Shown piece by piece: positions 40,288 through 48,626 of a DNA stretch of 64,000 bases; positions within the stretch are counted from its first letter, which is position 1; each line of letters starts with the position of its first letter. The position numbers and the translations under genes are program-made. The notes beneath the pieces were generated by a model. That model was not told where the DNA came from. It saw only the letters and a program-made list of their open reading frames with translations, and did not search any database. The DNA comes from Chitinophagales bacterium (GTDB lineage Bacteria > Bacteroidota > Bacteroidia > Chitinophagales > UBA10324), in assembly GCA_044227805.1 (NCBI GenBank), contig JBGAWA010000004.1, positions 13,161-77,160 on the forward strand. Reading direction: 5' to 3'.

Positions 40288-40363
40288 TAACCCGGATTTT
40301 TAACCCGGATTTTTCAGTGGAAAAATCCCGCTTCGCTGCGACTAAGAACTGCTAAAGGTTTAT
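40288..40363 (+). repeat. short copy B of the intergenic repeat with a duplicated 5' terminus
   Basis: TAACCCGGATTTT occurs twice in tandem. It is followed by hairpin 1, the CGCTTCGCTGCGAC linker and AGAACTGC, then a short 3' end (TAAAGGTTTATTAAATCAGG). Confidence 0.7.
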
Positions 40364-40406
40364 TAAATCAGGAAAACTGGTTGCGCTGCAATTGACGCCA
40401 CGATAC

Positions 40407-41981
40407 ATGCTGAAGATGCCTCACATTAATCTCAGAAAATATTTATTACTACCATTCCTGATTTTACCCATCATGGTACATGCACAAATTGACCGACCGG
40501 GTGCAACAATGATCACCGCCGAAGAAAAGGTGCAGCGTGACCTCAATCACCGCGTCTTCTATGAAATATTCATCCGTTCATTCTGTGATTCAAATAACGA
40601 TGGTATTGGTGACCTCAATGGAATCACTTCCAGGCTGGATTACCTTGCACAGTTAGGCATCACCGGATTATGGCTGACACCATTCCACCCTTCCCCTTCT
40701 TATCATAAATATGATGTTTTGAATTACCGCGAGGTTGATTCCGTCTATGGAACGCTGGATGACTTCAGGAACCTGGTGGCAGAAGCGCACAAAAAAAATA
40801 TACTGGTGCTGATGGATCTTGTAGCCAATCACACGGCTTATGATCATCCGTGGTTCCAGGCGGCACTGAAAGACGATCCGGTGTACAAACAATATTACGT
40901 TTGGAAATCCGAATCGGATGGCGACGACAAAAACTGGCATCAGCCACGGGGAATCAACGGCAACAATAGCGGTGAAAAATATTATGGTTTCTTTTCCAGC
41001 GTGATGCCTGATCTCAATTATGATAATCCTGCCGTGCAGCAAGCTATAACAGATATCGGCAAATGGTGGCTCAAAGAAACTGATGTTGATGGATTCAGGC
41101 TGGATGCCGCTCAATTTATTTATGGAGACACTGACACTCTTTCCAACAACAAGTGGTGGAAACAGTTTACCGATGCGTTAAAAAAAGAAAAGCCTGATGT
41201 GATTACCATCGGCGAAGTATGGAATGATAAGGAGATAGTGGCCACCTACATGCAATCACTGACCGGTGCTTTCAACTTCGAGCTATCCTGGGATTTGTTA
41301 AAAATGCTGCAGGAGGAAAAGAATCAGCAACTGATCGAAAAACTGTCAGCTACCAGAAACCTGTATGCCGGTTATAATCCATTCTATACCGATCCTATTT
41401 TTCTGAGTAATCATGATGTCAACCGCATCATCACCGATCTTAATAACAACACGGAAAAAGCGAAACTTGCGGCAGCTATCTACCTCACGTTGCCCGGAAC
41501 ACCTTTCATCTATTACGGAGAAGAACTGGGTATGCGTGGCCAAAAGCCGGATGAATGGATCCGCGAACCATTTCCATGGGACAAAGGACGAAAAGCAAAA
41601 GGACAAACAAGCTGGGAAAAACCCAGGTACAGCACTGCTAAAAATGTTGAGCCACTGGCGATGCAGCAAAAGAAACCGGGTAGCATTTTCCACGCATATA
41701 CAAAACTGATTGCCACACGCCAAACTTTTCATGCACTCACATCACCGGAATTACAGTCCGTTTCGGGAGTGCCGGAAACTATGCTCGTGTATGAACGCGG
41801 CACCGGTCAAAACAAGATCCTGGTGATCCATAACCTGTCGGGAAACACTATAAAGTATAATAAAGCGGTGGAATATGATGCCCTTCAAAATGTAGTGTAT
41901 CGCTCGTCGGATAAAATAGTGCTGTCCGGCGCCGTCCTCTCTTTGCCAGCCTACTCATCTGTCTTTCTAAGTACAAAATGA
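40407..41981 (+). CDS. GH13 alpha-amylase-family glycosidase (periplasmic/secreted)
   Basis: Signal peptide from the ATG at 40407. GH13 regions: DLVANHTA, GFRLDAAQF, IGEVW, FLSNHDVNR. Confidence 0.85.
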   Translation: MLKMPHINLRKYLLLPFLILPIMVHAQIDRPGATMITAEEKVQRDLNHRVFYEIFIRSFCDSNNDGIGDLNGITSRLDYLAQLGITGLWLTPFHPSPSYHKYDVLNYREVDSVYGTLDDFRNLVAEAHKKNILVLMDLVANHTAYDHPWFQAALKDDPVYKQYYVWKSESDGDDKNWHQPRGINGNNSGEKYYGFFSSVMPDLNYDNPAVQQAITDIGKWWLKETDVDGFRLDAAQFIYGDTDTLSNNKWWKQFTDALKKEKPDVITIGEVWNDKEIVATYMQSLTGAFNFELSWDLLKMLQEEKNQQLIEKLSATRNLYAGYNPFYTDPIFLSNHDVNRIITDLNNNTEKAKLAAAIYLTLPGTPFIYYGEELGMRGQKPDEWIREPFPWDKGRKAKGQTSWEKPRYSTAKNVEPLAMQQKKPGSIFHAYTKLIATRQTFHALTSPELQSVSGVPETMLVYERGTGQNKILVIHNLSGNTIKYNKAVEYDALQNVVYRSSDKIVLSGAVLSLPAYSSVFLSTK

Positions 41982-42041
41982 ATCCAAGCTTAGTAAGCAA
42001 AAATTGTAACGAGGTGATATTTTACGCTTGAACCCTGAAAT

Positions 42042-42202
42042 TTGAACCCGGATTTTTCAGTGGAAAAATCCCGCCAGGACCCGGCTTAGCCGTGCTAAGG
42101 GTTTGCTCATTCTTTTCAGAAAAGAAAATGCTTGAATAACACATCGCAGTGATACGTCGTGGTTAAACTCCATATTTTGTTGAATGCAAAGTGCAGGTTT
42201 AA
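42042..42202 (+). repeat. full-length but diverged copy C of the intergenic repeat
   Basis: The 5' terminus and hairpin 1 are identical to copy A. The central arm is replaced by a local hairpin CTTAGC-CGT-GCTAAG. The 3' end GTGCAGGTTTAA is conserved. The copy begins 61 nt after the GH13 stop. Confidence 0.75.
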
Positions 42203-42277
42203 AAATCCAGGATAAATTGCGCTAATTTCGCACTCATTGAACCCGGATTTTTTCTGCGAATGAACCGGGCAAATTAT

Positions 42278-42349
42278 GGCTCTTTAGTTCAACGGATAGA
42301 ATGTGAGTTTCCGAAACTCAAGATACAGGTTCGATTCCTGTAGGAGCTA
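42278..42349 (+). tRNA. tRNA-Arg (anticodon CCG)
   Basis: Cloverleaf folded by hand. Acceptor GGCTCTT/AGGAGCT has two G-U pairs. D arm is GTTC-AACGGATA-GAAT. Anticodon arm is TGAGT-TTCCGAA-ACTCA. T arm is ACAGG-TTCGATT-CCTGT. Discriminator is A and no CCA is encoded. Confidence 0.85.
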
Positions 42350-42554
42350 CAAGGCTTGCAGACTGCGATTATTTACAGTTTTCCCTCTCTTCTTTTATGG
42401 TAGTATAAATACGTTAATTCCATATTTTATGGTTCAACCGGGATAGACTACTCAAACAGGCAGGAGGTTGGCTGATTAATTTCCGATGATCCGCAGCGAC
42501 ACCTCAAGGCTATGGCAGCCGGAACTTCCTTATTTTCCGGAATAGTCCTGCGCA

Positions 42555-43468
42555 TCAATTCCTCAATGATGCATTGCTGCGGATATAACTGATCGTCTGA
42601 TCAAATCCGGCTTTATTAATGGGCGCGCTTCGGTAATGTTTGTATTTTTTCCGCATGCTTTCTGCCAGGTCAACATCTTCGGACGCGGACTTCATATCTT
42701 CAAAATATTCCTGGAAGTTTGTTATTAATTCCTGGCCGCCGATTCCGCCATGGCCGGGAACGACTGTTTTTACATCATACGCTCTCAACATATGATTCAT
42801 GGCTGTGACGTAATCATCCACATTTGCCCCCACACTTTCCTCGAGATAAGGATGATAACCATTTAACACAATATCACCGGCAAATAGCGTTTTGCGGTCT
42901 CTCAGGTAAACGATGACATCATCAAATGTATGTGCCTGCCCTATATTTTCAATCGTTACGATTTCACCCCCCACATCCAAGTGCATCGTATCGATGAGCC
43001 AGCGGTTGGGCATATCCTCCCTTGCATTATTTTGAAGCCAGAACTGGTTTCCATAGTCGCCTGCCACGATTTCAGCATCCTCATAATAGTGATTGCCACC
43101 GGTATGATCCTTATGTATATGCGTGTTCACCACTACCATCCGTTTACCTTTGGCGCGATCCATCACCCAACGGTTAAACCTTTCTGCACCCTGCTTCATT
43201 TTTGTGTCAATAATCACCGATCACCGAATCACCGATGAGCACACCACTGTTGCCGCCTTCGCCCGGCAGTATGTAAAAAGGTCAATTTTTCCACCTCAAG
43301 TCCGTAATCGGAACATCCCGGCAGGTAAATGCAAGCAACAATGAGATTGATAATTACTAATGCAGAAAGCCGCCTCGTGACAGTATTGATTTCGGCAAAG
43401 GTATCAAAGGAGATGAATTTTGCGAAAGGCATCGCACGAAGCGGGTAACTGAACGCAGGCATTCTCAT
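42555..43468 (-). pseudogene. MBL-fold metallo-hydrolase, apparently disrupted by two frameshifts near the 5' end
   Basis: The C-terminal 220 aa are intact (HIHKDHTGGN, VVPGHG). The N-terminal TM/signal part sits in a second frame (43229-43468), and a short segment FYILPGEGGNSGVLIGDS sits in the third frame. Confidence 0.55.
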
Positions 43469-43737
43469 GCCCTAATCAAGCAGCGTGTTATTTTCATTCA
43501 ACTCGTATTTAAGTTAAATGATGGCTGAAATTGATCGCCGCTCATATTTCTGTTTCTCAATTTCGTCGTTATCTTTGTCCATCTGAAAAATTTTTCCCAT
43601 GCGAAAAAACTCTGGTTCTGCTTCTTTTTATTGTAGCCATGACGGTTGCATTTTGTTATCTCAACTACAATCATAGCTAATTACCTTTTGTCGCTTCTTT
43701 TTTTGAATATACTTATCCCAAACAGGATGAAGTTGCT

Positions 43738-44463
43738 ATGATGACACCTACTATAGTCGCTATTGGTGGAGGAAGCATGGCGGAAGGAGTAAACCTGTCC
43801 ATCTATCGGGAAATCATCCGTTTATCAGGTAAGAAACATCCATCCGCACTCTTTATCCCAACTGCTTCGAGTGATGACCTCGTATATGCAGAAAATTTCC
43901 GGCAGGTATTCGGCAGGCAGCTTGGCTGTAAAACGGAATCTCTATTCCTGTTGAAAAAACCTCCTGCTAATAAGGATGTTAAAAATAAGATCGCACAGGC
44001 CGACATCATCTATGTGGGCGGCGGCAATACGCTGATGATGATGAGGCGCTGGAGATTCCTGGGTATTGACAAATTGCTCATCAAGGCCTGCAACGAAGGA
44101 AAAGTGATGGCAGGAACAAGTGCAGGTGCCATTTGCTGGTTTCAATATGGCCATAGTGATTCAGAATTCTACTATCACCCGGAAGATTGGGAATGGATAC
44201 GGGTGAAGTGCCTTGGAATTATTCCATTTACCGCTTGCCCGCATTGTTTAAAAGAGGGCCGGCTCGAACATTTTACCCGGATGATCAAAAAGAATGGTGG
44301 CACTGGTATAGCACTCGATGACGGTACTGCATTTGAAATGGTGGGAGGCAAATTCCGTATTCTTCGCTCCAGCAAAAACGCCCAGGCATTCAGACTTGAC
44401 AGAATAAACGGACAAGTTATTACGGTGCCTTTTGAGGATACTGCATCGTTCAGGCAAATGTAG
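43738..44463 (+). CDS. peptidase S51 / peptidase E-like (type 1 glutamine amidotransferase-like fold)
   Basis: 241 aa. Motifs: FIPTASSD, IYVGGGNT and the nucleophile elbow AGTSAGA. Confidence 0.75.
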   Translation: MMTPTIVAIGGGSMAEGVNLSIYREIIRLSGKKHPSALFIPTASSDDLVYAENFRQVFGRQLGCKTESLFLLKKPPANKDVKNKIAQADIIYVGGGNTLMMMRRWRFLGIDKLLIKACNEGKVMAGTSAGAICWFQYGHSDSEFYYHPEDWEWIRVKCLGIIPFTACPHCLKEGRLEHFTRMIKKNGGTGIALDDGTAFEMVGGKFRILRSSKNAQAFRLDRINGQVITVPFEDTASFRQM

Positions 44464-44601
44464 ATTAAATCTGCATTTTGCAATTGAAAAGCAAAAAACC
44501 TTCGATCGTTGTTTGCCTTATTTTGCCCTGCGGAATGTAATTATCAAATCCATTGGTCTGTATATGTCATTGAGCTGGTCGGGATTTTTTAATCGATGGC
44601 T

Positions 44602-44763
44602 TTTAACCCGGATTTATCAGTGGAATAATCCCGCTTCGCTGCGACTCAGAACTGCTAAGGGTTTGCTCAATTTGTCGAGAAAAGAAAATGTTTCACAAAC
44701 CCTAAGCAGTTCTACGTCGGGGTTAAACCCGTTGCTGCTTTGAACTGCAAAATGTGGGTTTAA
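44602..44763 (+). repeat. full-length (162 nt) reference copy D of the dispersed structured intergenic repeat
   Basis: Contains the 5' TTTAACCCGG terminus, hairpin 1, the CGCTTCGCTGCGAC linker and a ~20-bp-arm hairpin 2 (AGAACTGCTAAGGGTTTG...CAAACCCTAAGCAGTTCT). It also has the GGGGTTAAACCC palindrome, a 3' mini hairpin and the GGGTTTAA terminus. Confidence 0.85.
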
Positions 44764-45103
44764 GTTGTTGGATTTCATATACAATAAAAATGCAATGTGC
44801 CAGTGCACTCTTTCTCTCCCCTCAATTGCTGGCCTGTAAACCGCTGCGAGTTGGGGATCTTTTGCAATATGGAATTTTTTGCAGGTTAACAGGATTGCAA
44901 ATCCTGATCTCCATTTAACCAGTTTAATTAATCCTGTTGAACGAGGATTTACCACTACAGCAGCATTCGGCAATGTTCTATTGAATTCAGCTGTTTCTCA
45001 TATGCTTGCACCAATGACTCATGATGAAAATAAGGCAGCGTGAACATTTATGTCAATCAACTGTGTAACAATCATAAATCACGAACAACTCCGCAGCCTG
45101 ATT

Positions 45104-45727
45104 CTACCATTCATCCTTTTTCACTTTTCTGCTCGGTTCCTTCATCGACTCTTTCAGGTTATTGATCAATTCCCTGAAACTCTTGTCCGCTTCATTCAGG
45201 GTATTATAGTTATCCTCTATATTCGGATCATTTGCATTGAATAGTTTTTCAATCGGCTCATAGCTGGCAGCTTTCAGGTTAACATCTTTGATTTCATATC
45301 GGTACCGGCCGTCCTTAAAACCCATCACCAACGAATACCTGACGATAGCGGCCTGTGCTTTTACGCCATTCTTCAGTGTACGGTAGACGGGGAACTGTGG
45401 CTTCATGATGAGGGAACCACCTGCCGAATCGGCTGTTTCGAGAAAACCTGCCGGATTTTTGAAATAAGCAGTCATCCATTTCTGCGACCGCCTGAAGAGC
45501 TCCATCTTATCAACGCCTTCCACGGGAATCACTTCCATGTAATATACCTGCTCATTTTCTTCATTACGGGGCAGGTCCGGCATCACTGGCTTTTCCTTCT
45601 GTGCATTAGCCCCGAAACCTGTAAGTAACAAACATATCCCCCAAAATATGCTTTTTACATTAGTAAAAATGTCCGCTTCCTGATTAAAATCCGGCAACTT
45701 GTTGCCGGCGAAATTTCTATTAGCCAT
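45104..45727 (-). CDS. DUF4468 domain-containing protein (TBP-like fold family)
   Basis: 207-aa ORF with a signal-like segment IFWGICLLLTGFGANAQ. The core KMELFRRSQKWMTAYF...RYSLVMGFKDGRYRYEIKDV fits DUF4468 as I recall it. The start codon is not certain. Confidence 0.7.
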   Translation of the reverse strand: MANRNFAGNKLPDFNQEADIFTNVKSIFWGICLLLTGFGANAQKEKPVMPDLPRNEENEQVYYMEVIPVEGVDKMELFRRSQKWMTAYFKNPAGFLETADSAGGSLIMKPQFPVYRTLKNGVKAQAAIVRYSLVMGFKDGRYRYEIKDVNLKAASYEPIEKLFNANDPNIEDNYNTLNEADKSFRELINNLKESMKEPSRKVKKDEW

Positions 45728-45956
45728 GTACAGTGAGAAAGTTAAAATGCTGTTAAAAATGAAAAGGCGAAAAATACTAAAAATGATACCACGTTATGCA
45801 CTTCCCGGTTGCTTTCTATACGGTAAAAACAGGATGGATTTTGAACAAATTCCTGTTCATAAAATCTTCACGAAATCATTGGATGGCGTGCGTTTTCATC
45901 ATATTAAAACAGTACCTTCGCGACATTAATTTTTCATAGTAATAATCCCCTGAAAA

Positions 45957-47933
45957 GTGATCACAGAAGACGTAAAAGACGAAGTAAAACCCAACAGGAA
46001 AAAGAGCGATTATACGGCCGATAATATACAGGTCCTGGAAGGCCTGGAAGCTGTTCGCAAGCGACCGGCCATGTACATTGGCGACATCAGTACCCGCGGA
46101 CTCCACCACTTGGTGTATGAGGTGGTCGATAATTCCATTGATGAAGCGCTGGCAGGATATTGCAAAAATATTGATGTATTTATCAACGAGGACAATTCCA
46201 TTACGGTGACGGATGATGGCCGTGGCATTCCTACCGAAATTATGAAAAAAGAAGGCCGTTCGGCACTTGAAGTTGTAATGACAGTATTGCATGCGGGCGG
46301 CAAATTCAATAAAGATACCTATAAGGTCTCCGGTGGATTGCATGGCGTTGGTGTTTCCTGCGTAAATGCGTTGTCAACACACCTGACGGTTGTGGTAAAC
46401 CGCGATGGAAAAACTTTTACACAGGAATATGCATGTGGCAAACCACTCTATCCTGTTAAGCAAACAGGCAAAAGCGATTCAACCGGCACTTCCACCACTT
46501 TTCTTCCCGATCCTACTATTTTCAAGACCACTGAATTTAAATATGATACGATTGAAGCCCGCTTGAAGGAGCTGAGTTTCCTGAATAAAGGCATTAAGCT
46601 TTCGCTTACCGACCGGCGGGAAAAAGATGAAAACGGCAATCATCCAACAGAGGTTTTTCTGTCGAAAGGCGGCTTGAAGGAATTTGTGCAATACCTTGAC
46701 GGCACACGGGTTCCCTTGATTCCAGATCCTATTGTGGTGGAAGGCGCCCGCGATCAGGTAATGGTGGAAATCGCCATGCAGTACAATACTGCCTACAATG
46801 AAAATGTCCACTCTTATGTAAACAACATTAATACGCTGGAAGGCGGCACCCATGTATCAGGGTTCAGAAGGGCTATCACCCGCGTCTTTAAAGCATATGC
46901 GGAAAAAAACAACCTCTTCAGCAAGATTGATTTTGAGATTACCGGCGACGACTTCCGGGAAGGACTGACAGCCGTTATTTCAGTTAAGGTTCCTGAACCA
47001 CAGTTTGAAGGTCAAACCAAAACCAAGCTCGGCAATTCCGAAGTGTTGGGCGTAGTGGACACCAGCGTGGGTGAAATGCTGACCAACTACCTGGAAGAAC
47101 ATCCGCGCGAAGCGAAAGTTATTATCAGCAAAGTGGTGCTCACCGCCACGGCCCGCAACGCGGCCCGCAAGGCACGCGAGCTGGTTCAGCGGAAAAACGG
47201 GCTGACAGGGTCAGGATTGCCCGGTAAACTGGCAGACTGCTCGGACAATGATCCTGAAGCTTGCGAACTCTACCTCGTGGAAGGAGATTCAGCCGGTGGC
47301 ACAGCAAAGCAGGGACGTAACAGGCGGTTCCAGGCCATTCTTCCGCTGAGAGGTAAAATCCTGAATGTTGAAAAAGCCATGGAGCATAAGATCTACGACA
47401 ACGAGGAGATCAAGAATATGTTTACTGCCATGGGTGTAAGCATCGGGACGATCGGAGATGACAAAGCACTTAACCTGGAAAAGCTCCGCTACCATAAGAT
47501 TATCATTATGACGGATGCTGATGTTGACGGCAGCCACATCACCACCCTTATCCTCACCTTCTTTTTCAGGTATATGAAGGCGATGATTGAAACTGGTAAA
47601 ATATACATTGCCGCTCCACCCTTGTACCTTGTAAAAAAAGGTAAGGAGCAGCAATATTGCTGGGATGATGAAGACCGGAAAGCGGCAGTTACAAGAATCG
47701 GCGGGGGAAAAGATGACTCTGTGACGATTCAACGGTACAAAGGTCTTGGTGAGATGAATGCCGAGCAGTTATGGGAAACCACAATGAATCCGGATACCCG
47801 CACACTTTGGCAAGTGACCATTGAAAGCGCGGCAGAAGCGGATCATATCTTCTCTATGCTGATGGGTGACGATGTGCCACCACGCCGTGACTTTATTGAG
47901 AAACATGCAAAATACGCAAGGCTGGATATTTAA
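45957..47933 (+). CDS. gyrB: DNA gyrase subunit B
   Basis: Motifs: VLEGLEAVRKRPAMYIGD, the GHKL ATPase region, the TOPRIM motif EL[Y]LVEGDSAGG, and PLRGKILNVE and DADVDGSHI. Confidence 0.95.
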   Translation: MITEDVKDEVKPNRKKSDYTADNIQVLEGLEAVRKRPAMYIGDISTRGLHHLVYEVVDNSIDEALAGYCKNIDVFINEDNSITVTDDGRGIPTEIMKKEGRSALEVVMTVLHAGGKFNKDTYKVSGGLHGVGVSCVNALSTHLTVVVNRDGKTFTQEYACGKPLYPVKQTGKSDSTGTSTTFLPDPTIFKTTEFKYDTIEARLKELSFLNKGIKLSLTDRREKDENGNHPTEVFLSKGGLKEFVQYLDGTRVPLIPDPIVVEGARDQVMVEIAMQYNTAYNENVHSYVNNINTLEGGTHVSGFRRAITRVFKAYAEKNNLFSKIDFEITGDDFREGLTAVISVKVPEPQFEGQTKTKLGNSEVLGVVDTSVGEMLTNYLEEHPREAKVIISKVVLTATARNAARKARELVQRKNGLTGSGLPGKLADCSDNDPEACELYLVEGDSAGGTAKQGRNRRFQAILPLRGKILNVEKAMEHKIYDNEEIKNMFTAMGVSIGTIGDDKALNLEKLRYHKIIIMTDADVDGSHITTLILTFFFRYMKAMIETGKIYIAAPPLYLVKKGKEQQYCWDDEDRKAAVTRIGGGKDDSVTIQRYKGLGEMNAEQLWETTMNPDTRTLWQVTIESAAEADHIFSMLMGDDVPPRRDFIEKHAKYARLDI

Positions 47934-48027
47934 TCCTGCCTCCTGATAACAAGCCTGGAGCATTAACTTAGGTAAAATCACGTTTTCTCCGGGCTTTATT
48001 AACTCTTTCAACAGTTAACCATTTATC

Positions 48028-48474
48028 ATGAGAAAATTATTGGTAATTATAGTGTTGGTGGGTATAGTAAATTATGTCTCCGGACAGACCATCAATGCAA
48101 GCATGGTTCCGCAGGTGGTGAAAACCAAGATGCAGGAAAAATACCCTGCGGCCAAAGGTGTTTACTGGAAACAGTCAGACGCCGGATTTATTGAAGCGAA
48201 TTTCAGTAACGATGGAAGAAAGTGCAATGCCATTTTCCTGACTACCGGCGGCTGGGTGAGTACGGATTGTGAAATACCAGCAGAAGAATTTCCGGCATTG
48301 GCAATCACCTATCTGTCAGATCCGGCCAATGCTGATAAAGTGACTAAGTATTATCAGTCAGATACCAAGGCCAAGGGCATGCAATATTCGGCAGATGTGA
48401 AGAAGGATGGAAAAGCGCTACAGTTTATTTTTGACGGTGAAGGCAACCTGATCATGAAAGGGCCTAAAAACTAA
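48028..48474 (+). CDS. PepSY-like (putative beta-lactamase-inhibitor-like) secreted protein
   Basis: Signal peptide followed by two tandem halves with the pattern P..V...F...YP.A......(K/E). The size (148 aa) is typical of the family. Confidence 0.65.
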   Translation: MRKLLVIIVLVGIVNYVSGQTINASMVPQVVKTKMQEKYPAAKGVYWKQSDAGFIEANFSNDGRKCNAIFLTTGGWVSTDCEIPAEEFPALAITYLSDPANADKVTKYYQSDTKAKGMQYSADVKKDGKALQFIFDGEGNLIMKGPKN

Positions 48475-48505
48475 TGCCGCATTTTGCAGTATGGAGAGCA
48501 GTGGC

Positions 48506-48569
48506 TTTAACCCCTTAGCAGTTATGCGTCGTTGCGACGCGGTATTTTCCATTGAAAAGTCCGGGGCAA
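48506..48569 (-). repeat. short (64 nt) internally deleted copy F of the intergenic repeat
   Basis: The reverse complement reads TTGCCCCGGACTTTTCAATGGAAAATACCGCGTCGCAACGACGCATAACTGCTAAGGG joined directly to GTTAAAG. It lies 58 nt downstream of the co-oriented sugar-transferase stop. Confidence 0.65.
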
Positions 48570-48626
48570 TCGAAAGGTCATGGGAGTCTATTCGCCAACT
48601 TCAAGTGAAACAGGCTGATATTGAAC

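Noticed and set aside
42350-42554. Possible integrated element or att site next to tRNA-Arg.
   Set aside because: No integrase, excisionase or phage genes are present, and I saw no repeat of the tRNA 3' end by eye within the window. The neighbouring genes are ordinary, though one is decayed.
43531-43680. A 49-codon TTG-initiated ORF with a hydrophobic stretch (KTLVLLLFIVAMTVAFCYL) in the MBL/peptidase divergent spacer.
   Set aside because: It has a non-ATG start and no conservation information, and a hydrophobic run is easily produced by T-rich DNA. The support is insufficient.
44890-44906. CAGGA-TTGCAAA-TCCTG looks exactly like a tRNA-Cys(GCA) anticodon arm.
   Set aside because: I could find no acceptor stem, D arm or canonical GTTCGAATC-type T arm at the right spacing. 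The next hairpin is 23 nt away and has an 8-nt non-consensus loop. It is not a tRNA gene.
44432-44973. ORFs 44432-44743 (+) and 44617-44973 (-), and likewise 29502-29687, 48491-48679, 52022-52219 and the first 61 codons of 4696-5010. Some share similar peptide stretches.
   Set aside because: The shared peptide similarity arises only because each ORF reads through a copy of the intergenic repeat. Copies occur in both orientations, with indels that break the frames. There is no independent coding evidence.
45699-45929. 76-aa Lys-rich ORF between DUF4468 and gyrB.
   Set aside because: It lies in the A-rich promoter region of two divergent genes and has a low-complexity K/M/L composition. It has no recognisable start context or motifs.
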